Assembly (NCBI GenBank): GCA_014729085.1
Contig: WJKM01000011.1
Coordinates: 234,852 to 298,851 of the forward strand
Origin: Candidatus Dojkabacteria bacterium
Lineage (GTDB): Bacteria; Patescibacteriota; Dojkabacteria; B142; WJKM01
Direction of reading: 5' to 3'
DNA: 64,000 nt
The notes under the pieces were generated by a model. The model had not been told where the DNA came from. It saw only the letters and a list, made by a program, of their open reading frames with translations, and made no database searches. The first letter of the stretch is position 1. Every line of letters starts with the position of its first letter. Positions 20,753-29,911 of the stretch are shown here, piece after piece. Position numbers and translations under genes: made by a program.

Positions 20753-21940
20753 TTAATTGTTTAAATATGAGCTTTTGATCCTATCCACCACCACCACCAG
20801 CACTATTACTCCTAAAATACCCAGAATCGGATAATAAATTACTTTACTAATTTTTTTATATATATCCTCTTGTGTTTTTTGTGCTGAGGTATAGCTATTG
20901 ATATTCAAATCGGATTCCAGCACAGATATAAATTTATCTACTTCTTCAACCGGTTTGCATCTGCTTAGAGTACAGGTAGCTCCTTCCTCGCAATCTAAGT
21001 TGATGGAGGTTGAACAGTACTGTTCGGCTGGTGCTTTGCAAGATCCATTTAATCCATGGCAGATGTAACCTTCGTCACAAACAAGACCGAACGCGCATCG
21101 GTTTTCTGTACAGGATTCTCCACATTGTGCAATATTTGATTTTGTAAATACCCCTTGTTCAACTTCGTTTATAAATTTAATATTTTGATCTATTCTAACT
21201 GCTACTGCTCTATTCCCAATACTGCAGGGGTTTTCATTTGCCTGGCTTCTTGTTGTTGTTATAGAACTGATAATCCCAACCACTTTGTTCGTTCCTTTTT
21301 CGAAAATTGGGCTTCCGCTGTCACCGAAACATATTCCTCCGTCTTTCCCTTTGAGGGTGAAGGTTTTGCTATTTATATCCTCTACACAAAATTGTGCTTT
21401 TTTTCTGAGTTTGTCAAGCTGGCTTCTTTCGTTGTCATTTTCTGTCTTGCCATATCCCAGCACTTCGAAGTCACAGCCAATTTTAGGACTTCCTACTGTC
21501 GCATATTCTTCAACTTCATAAAAATCACGTGGAAGTTTTATTACCGCAAGGTCGGAGTCGACGTTTTGTCCATTCCAAAGTGGATTTATGACCGTATCTT
21601 GAGCAAGGAAATTCTGGTCTAAGTCGAAGTTGAACAGGGAGTACCCCAAATACGCAGTGATTTTGTCATCGAAACAATGAGCTGCTGATATTGCTGTGGT
21701 ATTTGAAATATAAACAGTACCGCAAATACTTGCCATTTCGTCATTATTGTATGCAATTAAATAGCCTGCATATGGATATTCATTATTTGCAATTTGACCT
21801 CCATAAATAGCGCTTGATTCGTCCGGTGCCGTATCTTCTTGTTTTAATTTAACAGTAAGCGAAAAGATTAAGGCAACTAAACCATATATTAATAGAAACA
21901 ATCCCAGAATTTTTATAATTTTTATATTTTTTCGTTTCAT
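20753..21940 (-). CDS. Trypsin-like (S1) serine protease with Cys-rich region and N- and C-terminal TM helices
   Basis: ISAAHC, DLAVIKL, CFGDSGSP catalytic triad; likely start MKRKNIK at 21940. Confidence 0.9.
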   Translation of the reverse strand: MKRKNIKIIKILGLFLLIYGLVALIFSLTVKLKQEDTAPDESSAIYGGQIANNEYPYAGYLIAYNNDEMASICGTVYISNTTAISAAHCFDDKITAYLGYSLFNFDLDQNFLAQDTVINPLWNGQNVDSDLAVIKLPRDFYEVEEYATVGSPKIGCDFEVLGYGKTENDNERSQLDKLRKKAQFCVEDINSKTFTLKGKDGGICFGDSGSPIFEKGTNKVVGIISSITTTRSQANENPCSIGNRAVAVRIDQNIKFINEVEQGVFTKSNIAQCGESCTENRCAFGLVCDEGYICHGLNGSCKAPAEQYCSTSINLDCEEGATCTLSRCKPVEEVDKFISVLESDLNINSYTSAQKTQEDIYKKISKVIYYPILGILGVIVLVVVVDRIKSSYLNN

Positions 21941-22005
21941 AATATTTCTAGTTAAGTATATCAATTGGTATTCAAGACTTAAACTTAATATTCTCCCAAA
22001 ATTTA

Positions 22006-22059
22006 TTTTGTTTGCAAATTTGCACACAGGTTAGTTTTTTAAATGAGTGGCTATATAAT
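22006..22059 (+). promoter_or_regulatory. Palindromic operator GTTTGCA-N4-TGCACAC plus TATAAT (site 1)
   Basis: Palindrome 22010-22027 preceded by TTTT; TATAAT 22054-22059; same geometry as sites 2 and 3. Confidence 0.75.
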
Positions 22060-22180
22060 ATCTATATAAGTAAATTAAATATTTTATTCTAATATTAATT
22101 ATTATTGAATATGTATGTAATAAACTTTTTATATTGAATTTGCAAACTGCCTAATTTAAATTATTAAATTTTAGTAAATT

Positions 22181-23473
22181 ATGGAATATTTAGGTGAATA
22201 CAATATAGACCCAGACGGGTCAAATCCTATGGAGGAAGCAACTCTCTTTCAGGAAAACCAGTTCATAGCTTTTGATGACAATCCACCTTCGCTTGTAGCA
22301 AGCGGGGATATAGATGGGGATGGATATCCCGAATTAATTGTTGCTAGTGACCATTCGTCTTCCGACGCATCGACTCTGAGGCTCTTTGAAAACCAGGCAT
22401 CTCCTGATGAGTACTTTCAAAGAGTGTTTGTTGATTCAGGCGTTTTATGGGATCTTGATGCACATGTAGAAGCTATGGAGTTTGCTGATTTCGACCTTGA
22501 TGGAGATCTTGACCTCGTAGTGGGATTAGAAGATAGTCCTGGATTATATTATGAGAATGTCGACGGTGAGTTGGTCATGAGGGATAATGTTGGTCCGGGT
22601 TATGATATAAATTCAATGGAGGTTGGAGATATAAATCAAAACGGATTCGCGGATGTCACTTTTATACAAGATGATGGAGAAATATGGCTTAGTGATTTCG
22701 ATCCGGATAAAGGAGAATTTATTCAGCTACCACATCTTATTGAGCCTGGAGTTACAATTGAGGAAGGTAAAATTTGGATAGATGATATTGATGGAAACGG
22801 TATAGAAGATATAGTCTTAAGAAGCGGATTGGTAAACAACCCAAATTATTATGATGATAATGTAGTTGTATATGGAAGAGAAGATAGTAGTGGTATGATT
22901 CAATGGGATAATGCGCAGTCTTTCGAGTCGGAATTTCCAAGCCGAGAATTTATCGGGGATGTTGGAAACCTGGATACAGATCCTGAGCCCGAATTTATAA
23001 AAGGAAGACTAGATCATGCTGATGCGGGTGAATGGTCTTTATCTTATTATGATGTAACTCCAGATAATGATGTAACTGGAGATCCAACAACCTGGAGTAC
23101 GGTTACACTTTCTGAGCAAGGGTTATTGGACGCCGGAGAAGATCCTAAAGTTGCTTTTTATCATTACAATATTGTTGATGCAGACGGAGAAGGACCAAAT
23201 GATATAGTAGGATCTTGGTATAGTGGAACATCAGGTGTAGGGGATCCACCACCACAATATGCAACTGTATTTTCAAGACCCCAAGAAGGGATCCTAAATA
23301 ATCAGATACTTGAAGGCGGACCTGGCAATAGACCGGTGCTTGCAAGTGATATAGATAATTATGGCATCGACGAGCTTATAGCTACGGATAAATATGGGAT
23401 AAAAACTTACGACAATGATAATGACATTTCGATTAGAAAGTCATTTCAACCTATTATGCCAAAGGCTCAATAA
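22181..23473 (+). CDS. FG-GAP/VCBS repeat protein (DxDxDG Ca-binding loops)
   Basis: GDIDGDGYPELIV, ADFDLDGDLDLVV, GDINQNGFADV, DDIDGNGIEDIV, DADGEGPNDIV. Confidence 0.85.
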   Translation: MEYLGEYNIDPDGSNPMEEATLFQENQFIAFDDNPPSLVASGDIDGDGYPELIVASDHSSSDASTLRLFENQASPDEYFQRVFVDSGVLWDLDAHVEAMEFADFDLDGDLDLVVGLEDSPGLYYENVDGELVMRDNVGPGYDINSMEVGDINQNGFADVTFIQDDGEIWLSDFDPDKGEFIQLPHLIEPGVTIEEGKIWIDDIDGNGIEDIVLRSGLVNNPNYYDDNVVVYGREDSSGMIQWDNAQSFESEFPSREFIGDVGNLDTDPEPEFIKGRLDHADAGEWSLSYYDVTPDNDVTGDPTTWSTVTLSEQGLLDAGEDPKVAFYHYNIVDADGEGPNDIVGSWYSGTSGVGDPPPQYATVFSRPQEGILNNQILEGGPGNRPVLASDIDNYGIDELIATDKYGIKTYDNDNDISIRKSFQPIMPKAQ

Positions 23474-23496
23474 ATATAATTGAATCTATATGAATG

Positions 23497-23523
23497 AAGA
23501 GGTGCTGAAAAGCACCTCTTTTT
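23497..23523 (+). terminator. Intrinsic terminator between convergent genes
   Basis: AAGAGGTGCT-GAAA-AGCACCTCTT followed by T run. Confidence 0.8.
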
Positions 23524-23524
23524 A

Positions 23525-25432
23525 TTACTCTTTAAATATTTTTATTATTTTTGTAAAGACGTCGTCGTACTTGGAATGTTTTTTGTAAAAAACTGGGACT
23601 TGAGTTTTGAAGCTAGAATGATACACTCCGGGCTTTTTAGTTTTTCCTGTCCAGAGACTTGTCCATTCAGTATTGTCAGGGATTTTATATTTAAAATTCT
23701 TCTTGTATGGCGGACATACTAAGATATCTGAACCAAATAAGTATTGATATTTAAATCTTTCTAGATTTTGTGAGTTGTCAAGAATAAAATTAGGCAGATT
23801 AATAAGTTTACTAATATTAGATTTAATATAAGGAGTAATCACTTTCCTAATCCGTGTAATTTTTGTAAAGTAATGAATCATATTTTTATCATAAGTTTGA
23901 ACGTTAGCTTTTGGAAAGCTGCCTTCGTGGGTTCGCATGGTGTGTGTGAATACTCCTAATTCCAGCCATCTTTTCATTAGAATTTTAGATCTAGTTTTCC
24001 AGGGAAGTGTTGTATAACCACCAATATCTACGTGTATGTTTGAAATACCACTTATTGAGCTTGTAATCATTGCTAAGGTAGAGGAGGGTAGACCATCATG
24101 AAGATGGAGGTCGGGAAATTGGTCGCCAGTCCAAAGAGACATTACATATTTTAATGAGTTGATAGTTGCGGATCTTTGGAAAATAAATAGTTCTGGATTC
24201 TCAACTGCGATCTCATAATTCAATTTATTCCAGAGGTAAATATATCTGTGATGAATTTTTGAATAAGAAATATTTTTGTCATAATAATTTAAATTTCCTG
24301 ACATGTGCTCCCCAAAGTCAGCCATCCAACCCGAAAAACCATTTTCGATCATGTTTTCTTTAATTACATTTTTGAACCATTCATAAGCTCTTAGATTAGT
24401 AAGATCCACCATAGCTGATTTAAAAAAAGTCGGGCAGAATATGTCTGTCTTATTATTGTGATCCGAAATTAAGTAGTTTGCATCATGCGCATATTGGTAA
24501 ATTCTTGTATTTGCTTTTATAAATGGATTGATATATCCAAGTACTTTTAAATTCTTATTATTGATTTTATTGATGAATTGTTTGATATCAGGGTAAAGTT
24601 TGTTATCCGGAGTCCATGTCCAATTAACTTGTTGAATAAAAGGCGCCTTAGTCTGTCCGCTCCAATCTTGAATCCAAACAGCATTAATCTTGGCATCGTG
24701 CTTCGTTAGTTTGTTAATCTTTTTATTCACTTTCTTTGTGCCACCTTGAATACCGAGTATACATCCATCAAGAGCCCAGTCTGGTGGGTCTATTTCAGCT
24801 TTTAAGTATTTTTTAAGTAAAAATTTGGGAAGAGTTGGAAATTTTGTTTTTGCAATTATGATTTTATTAAACTCTCCATGTATATTGATTACCGTTTTTT
24901 CTTTTCTAAACTGAAATTCAACATAGCACAATGTATCAACCAAACAGCAATAACCAAGTGAAGATATAAATATGGGGAGGGGTAAGTAGGTTGTAAAATT
25001 ATTTCCAGAGGATCTAAATAATTTGAACACTTTACTAGTGAAATCATTACTTCTCCCAATCCCTTGTTCTTCTGAAAATACAGGAACTTTCTTCCCTTTA
25101 AGGTTTAAGCGAGAGTATTGCTCACCCCCTCCTAAAATAATTTCATTCTTCTTGGCTTTCAATTTTAAGGAAAAAAAATTGATATCTTTTTTTACTTTGT
25201 GAGGAATTAATTCGATTTTTTGGGAATGTCTCTGAACTTCAAGTCTAATTGAATTATTGCTTAAAATATCCTTATTTGCTTCACGGGTTATTTCAAGAGG
25301 TGTGTCGATTAAGCTTTTGGATTCTAGTGTACGAAAGAAGGAACCCCTTTTATGAGCTACTTTTTCTTCAATATGCCCAAATCTAAATGAGCTATTATAA
25401 TTGAGAAGATTTTTTATGTGAACATTAGCCAT
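23525..25432 (-). CDS. GH31 alpha-glycosidase, sulfoquinovosidase (YihQ)-like
   Basis: GGGEQYS, EQGIGR, GIQGG, QDWSG, GWMADFGE nucleophile, WTGDQ, DIGGYTT, RTHEG. Confidence 0.85.
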   Translation of the reverse strand: MANVHIKNLLNYNSSFRFGHIEEKVAHKRGSFFRTLESKSLIDTPLEITREANKDILSNNSIRLEVQRHSQKIELIPHKVKKDINFFSLKLKAKKNEIILGGGEQYSRLNLKGKKVPVFSEEQGIGRSNDFTSKVFKLFRSSGNNFTTYLPLPIFISSLGYCCLVDTLCYVEFQFRKEKTVINIHGEFNKIIIAKTKFPTLPKFLLKKYLKAEIDPPDWALDGCILGIQGGTKKVNKKINKLTKHDAKINAVWIQDWSGQTKAPFIQQVNWTWTPDNKLYPDIKQFINKINNKNLKVLGYINPFIKANTRIYQYAHDANYLISDHNNKTDIFCPTFFKSAMVDLTNLRAYEWFKNVIKENMIENGFSGWMADFGEHMSGNLNYYDKNISYSKIHHRYIYLWNKLNYEIAVENPELFIFQRSATINSLKYVMSLWTGDQFPDLHLHDGLPSSTLAMITSSISGISNIHVDIGGYTTLPWKTRSKILMKRWLELGVFTHTMRTHEGSFPKANVQTYDKNMIHYFTKITRIRKVITPYIKSNISKLINLPNFILDNSQNLERFKYQYLFGSDILVCPPYKKNFKYKIPDNTEWTSLWTGKTKKPGVYHSSFKTQVPVFYKKHSKYDDVFTKIIKIFKE

Positions 25433-26625
25433 TCGGGTTTGAATATCAGAAGGATTCCAAGTACTAACATAATTATACCACCGACAAACCGGGAAACACG
25501 GGAATACTTTCCGTGTATACCAACCATATGCAAAGTGACCATCGCGCTGAAAAAGACAAATAGATCATCAATCATAAAGAAAAATATGTAGATCAATAGA
25601 TAGGCATGATACTGTAATTTTGATAAATCGCTAAGAGTTAGAACTTGTGTATAAATTGCAGGAAGTCCTGCTGAACATACAACCTCAACAAGATTTACAG
25701 AAACTGCTAATGCAGAAATACCAATTAAGGCAATAAGTAGATTCTGTTTCTTTGTGATCTTTTTAAGTTTTTCAAAGAAAGTCTTTCTTTTTTTATTGTT
25801 AGATACTTTACAAGCACCCTCCTTGTTAGTATAGAAATCGTAGAAACTGTATATAGCAGCTCCTAAAGCAACAATACCTATGATTTTTTGAAGCCATCCT
25901 TGATATCCAATAACCTCGAAAAAGGAGAGCCACAGGAACATGAGTATATAGTACATTACAGCCGAAACTACTATAAATACCGTTCCAAGCGTCCACATTC
26001 TCTTTTTATCTTTCATACCAAGCAGAAGACTTATTAGAAACATTAATGCCCACATTGCGCAGGGGTTGAAACCATCTAATACTCCGAGTATTACAGTGAG
26101 TACTGGAAGAGAAAACTGACCAGCGTTTACTTCCCCAATTAAAGGAACATGGAACCTTATGTCTTTAAGTCTTCTTATTTCTTCTTGTGTTTGAATTTTT
26201 TCATAATTTCCATCCTTGATTTCTTCTACAGGATCACGGTATTGGGAAAGATTCAGGGTTTCTTCTAGCAGATTTTCAATTTCCTGTCCTTTGATTGCAT
26301 CTGTGTCGTAACCAACAATAGCCTTGGGGCCGATTATGACGATAGGAACTCCGCGATATCTTTCTCCAATTTTTTTAAGTGATTGCTTGGCAAGTTTTTC
26401 GTTATCGTTTTCTGAGATCTCATAACTTTTCAGTTCTACATGGTCATATTTCTCAGCTAAATTTTCCAGGAATGGCTTTGCTTTATGGCAATGAGTGCAA
26501 GAATTTGACCAAAAGAAATGAAGGTCTATGCTTTTCGATTCCGTCGTATTTTCCTGTGCTTCTACCCAAGTAAAAGAAAATAGTAAACCTACAAAAAGAA
26601 AAAAAATCAGCACAAGCTTTTTCAT
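25414..26625 (-). CDS. Thioredoxin-like domain fused to a DsbD/CcdA-like membrane domain
   Basis: Signal peptide, CTHC, GVP; membrane part with DGFNPCA and VEVVCS. Confidence 0.82.
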   Translation of the reverse strand: MKKLVLIFFLFVGLLFSFTWVEAQENTTESKSIDLHFFWSNSCTHCHKAKPFLENLAEKYDHVELKSYEISENDNEKLAKQSLKKIGERYRGVPIVIIGPKAIVGYDTDAIKGQEIENLLEETLNLSQYRDPVEEIKDGNYEKIQTQEEIRRLKDIRFHVPLIGEVNAGQFSLPVLTVILGVLDGFNPCAMWALMFLISLLLGMKDKKRMWTLGTVFIVVSAVMYYILMFLWLSFFEVIGYQGWLQKIIGIVALGAAIYSFYDFYTNKEGACKVSNNKKRKTFFEKLKKITKKQNLLIALIGISALAVSVNLVEVVCSAGLPAIYTQVLTLSDLSKLQYHAYLLIYIFFFMIDDLFVFFSAMVTLHMVGIHGKYSRVSRFVGGIIMLVLGILLIFKPEWLMFT

Positions 26626-26737
26626 GCTACTGTGTTTATATATTATTTATTACAATTGACAAACTACTTTATTTTTTCAAATTACATTATACTTTAAACA
26701 CACCAAAGTTTACTAAATAAAATTATAATTCAAATTC

Positions 26738-27736
26738 ATGAAAATAGTTTTTTTTGAGATCCAGGACTGGGAAAAAGAAATTATTCAAAGGCAATTTCCA
26801 GATTTGGAGCTTGAATTCTTTAAAGAACCTCTAACTCAACATAGTATTGAAAAGCTAAAGGCCACTGATATTCTTTCAGTTTTCATCTATTCGAAGATTA
26901 CGAGACAGATGATTCATCAACTTCCAAATCTAAAATTTATTACAACAAGATCCACAGGCTTTGACCATATAGACCTGGAAGCTTGCAGAGATAATAATAT
27001 TCAGGTAGGAAATGTTCCTTATTATGGTGAGAATACGGTTGCAGAGCATACTTTTGGATTGATATTGTCTTTATCAAGAAATATCCATAAATCATATGTA
27101 AGAGTTCAGAGAAATAACTTTTCAACTGAAGGGTTGAAAGGATTTGATTTAAAGGATAAGACCATTGGAGTAATTGGGACAGGAAGGATCGGACTACATG
27201 TAATTAGAATGGCAGGGGGTTTCGGAATGGATATTTTAGCTTATGATATTAATCAGGATGGATTTCTAGCTGAAGTTTTAGGGTTTGAATATGTAGGTCT
27301 AGATGAGATTTTGAAAAATTCTGATGTTGTGACGCTCCATGTTCCATATAATAAGCATACCCATCACATGATTAATCAGAATAATATAAACAAATTCAAA
27401 AAAGGTGCAATATTGATCAATACTTCAAGAGGAGGTTTAATAGAAACTGAAGCATTGCTAACCGGACTAAAAAAAGAGATACTTTCCGGTGTTGGTCTGG
27501 ATGTTATTGAAGGAGAGGAATATATAATTGAAGACAAGCAAATGATTCGTGACGACGAAGAATCCGAAGTGTGGGCCCAGATTGTTAAAGACCAGATGAT
27601 TCTGCATAATGAGAATGTAGTTTTTACTCCTCATATTGCTTTTTATAGTCAGGAGGCCTTGGAGAGAATTTTAGATACAACGATAGTAAATATTAGAAAG
27701 TTTCAAAAAGGTGAATTTACCGATTCCTTAGTTTAA
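26738..27736 (+). CDS. D-2-hydroxyacid (D-lactate) dehydrogenase
   Basis: RSTGFDHID, VAEH, GVIGTGRIG, INTSRG, GLDVIEGE, TPHIAF. Confidence 0.92.
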   Translation: MKIVFFEIQDWEKEIIQRQFPDLELEFFKEPLTQHSIEKLKATDILSVFIYSKITRQMIHQLPNLKFITTRSTGFDHIDLEACRDNNIQVGNVPYYGENTVAEHTFGLILSLSRNIHKSYVRVQRNNFSTEGLKGFDLKDKTIGVIGTGRIGLHVIRMAGGFGMDILAYDINQDGFLAEVLGFEYVGLDEILKNSDVVTLHVPYNKHTHHMINQNNINKFKKGAILINTSRGGLIETEALLTGLKKEILSGVGLDVIEGEEYIIEDKQMIRDDEESEVWAQIVKDQMILHNENVVFTPHIAFYSQEALERILDTTIVNIRKFQKGEFTDSLV

Positions 27737-27744
27737 TACTTACA

Positions 27745-28857
27745 ATGAAGGAAATACTATCCGTTACACAATTTAATACAGTAATAAAAAGTTTCATACA
27801 GGAGCTGGGTATTTTTAGGGTGAAGGGAGAAATTACAGAACTTACAATAACAAGCCGGAAAGGGGTTTACATGACTCTGTCTGATGGCAAGTCAAATTTG
27901 AATATAAGTGGGTATGCTCCTAAGATTAAGGGGCTTGATATGGTTGAAAAAGATATGAATGTGATAGTTGAGGGTGTTTCTGATATATATGTTCCTTATG
28001 GTAAGTTTTCTCTATCTATACATTCTATTGAACCAGAAGGAGCAGGAGCTCTGGCAATAGCATATGAGAAACTGAAAGCAAAGTTGAAAAAAAATGGTCT
28101 TTTTGATGAAGAAAATAAAATAAGTTTACCCCAATTTATTACCAAAATTGCCTTACTTACAGCGAAAAAGTCTGCAGCATATTCAGATTTTGTAAAAATT
28201 CTACAAGAGAAAAAAGCAGGAATTGAGGTTGACTTTTATCCTGTAACTGTACAGGGACAAAAAAGTGAGAAGAGCATTTTGGATGCTATGGAGAAGTTAT
28301 CTATGAAACAATATGATACCATCGTTTTAACCAGAGGTGGAGGGAGTTTGGAAGATTTGAAAAGTTTTAATAGTGAAAAGATAGCGAAAACAATTTTTTC
28401 TTCCAAGATACCTTACATAGTTGGAGTAGGACATGAGAAAGATGAAAGTATATGTGATTTTGTTGCAGATGTAAGAGCTTCCACCCCCTCTCAATGTGCA
28501 TACTATTTAGTTAATCAGAACAAGAAATTTAATGACAAGCTAGACGAGAAGTTTGTTTTTATCGCTGAATATTTGTTAAATAAGAAAGTGAATCTTTTTA
28601 ATGAATTAATAAAAGTGGAGGTAAACATTGAGAATGTCTTGAATGCAAAGATAACACAAGTTAGGGAGAAGGTCTTGTCTTTCGAAAGAATTTTAAATTC
28701 ATTTGATGTAGCAACAGTTTTGCAAAGGGGTTTTGCCATTGTGAAGAAAAAAGGAGATATTGTAACTACAGTTAATAAATTAAAAAAATCAGATAACATT
28801 CAAATATCCTTACAAGACGGGGATTTAGAAGCGGAAGTTAGTAAAATATTAAATTAA
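27745..28857 (+). CDS. xseA: Exodeoxyribonuclease VII large subunit
   Basis: VKGEI, RGGGSLEDL, GVGHEKD, RASTPS, LQRGFA. Confidence 0.95.
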   Translation: MKEILSVTQFNTVIKSFIQELGIFRVKGEITELTITSRKGVYMTLSDGKSNLNISGYAPKIKGLDMVEKDMNVIVEGVSDIYVPYGKFSLSIHSIEPEGAGALAIAYEKLKAKLKKNGLFDEENKISLPQFITKIALLTAKKSAAYSDFVKILQEKKAGIEVDFYPVTVQGQKSEKSILDAMEKLSMKQYDTIVLTRGGGSLEDLKSFNSEKIAKTIFSSKIPYIVGVGHEKDESICDFVADVRASTPSQCAYYLVNQNKKFNDKLDEKFVFIAEYLLNKKVNLFNELIKVEVNIENVLNAKITQVREKVLSFERILNSFDVATVLQRGFAIVKKKGDIVTTVNKLKKSDNIQISLQDGDLEAEVSKILN

Positions 28858-28873
28858 ATTTTAATTAATTAAT

Positions 28874-29059
28874 ATGGCTAAAAAGAAAAAGATTGAAGAA
28901 AAAATTAAAGATTTGGATCAAATAATAGAAATGTTTGAAAGCGGTGAAGTTGGGCTTGAAGAAGGCGTAGAGCATTTTAAGAAAGGGAAAAAAATTATAA
29001 AAGAAATAAAAAACGAATTGGAATCAATTGAGCTTGAAATAAAGCAAATAAAGGAATAG
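28874..29059 (+). CDS. xseB: Exodeoxyribonuclease VII small subunit
   Basis: LDQIIEMFESGEVGLEEGVEHFKKG; directly follows xseA. Confidence 0.9.
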   Translation: MAKKKKIEEKIKDLDQIIEMFESGEVGLEEGVEHFKKGKKIIKEIKNELESIELEIKQIKE

Positions 29060-29181
29060 AAGCTATTATCTACAACTACTAGCTTAAATTCTGGCTATAT
29101 AATCATGACATAACAATTGAGCCTAAAATTGTATATGTTATATAATTCGTGAGTGTCTACATTACTTTCTTATTTTTTGCA

Positions 29182-29862
29182 ATGAAAATCCTATTGATGG
29201 AGGATGATAAATTTATTGCTACGTTTATCATGCGAAATCTCAAAGATAAAGGTTACGCTATAGACTGGACCGCTGATGGTAAAGAAGGCCTCGAATTAGC
29301 ACGTGTAAATAAAGGGAGTTATACTGTAATTGTTGTAGACATAATCCTTCCGGAAGTTAATGGTTTAAAAATTATTGAAATATTGAGAAAAGAAGAGGAT
29401 AAAACACCAATTCTAATATTATCAAGCCGCGACAAAACCGAACAAAAAGTTGAAGGTCTAAACATAGGGGGAGATGATTACTTGACGAAACCCTTCAAGA
29501 TTTCCGAACTTCTTGCAAGAATTAGAGCCCTTAGTAGACGTAATGAAGTAGAGACAGAAGAAGTTATATCTATTGAAGGACTAACGATCAACCCGAATGC
29601 ACATGAGGTAAGGAAAGAAGGTAATTTGGTTGAATTAACAAATCTCGAGTTCAGACTCTTGTACGTCCTTATGAAAAATAAAGGGCAGGCAGTAAGTAGA
29701 GCGGGTATTTTAGACCAAGTATGGGATAGACGCGGGGAGAAAATGTTGTCTAATTCAATCAGTGTTCATATTAAAAACTTAAGAAAGAAAGTCTTTACAG
29801 GAAAACAAAAAGATCTACTAAAAACTATAAGAGGTATTGGATATTCAATAAAACCTGAGTGA
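29182..29862 (+). CDS. OmpR/PhoB family response regulator
   Basis: ILLMEDD, VDIILP, GGDDYLTKPF, LTNLEFRLL, VHIKNLRKK, IRGIGY; ATG at 29182 preferred. Confidence 0.93.
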   Translation: MKILLMEDDKFIATFIMRNLKDKGYAIDWTADGKEGLELARVNKGSYTVIVVDIILPEVNGLKIIEILRKEEDKTPILILSSRDKTEQKVEGLNIGGDDYLTKPFKISELLARIRALSRRNEVETEEVISIEGLTINPNAHEVRKEGNLVELTNLEFRLLYVLMKNKGQAVSRAGILDQVWDRRGEKMLSNSISVHIKNLRKKVFTGKQKDLLKTIRGIGYSIKPE

Positions 29863-29911
29863 ATACCTCTGAACATAAGTTGTTCTGTTTTCTATCTATT
29901 TGTAATCTCAA

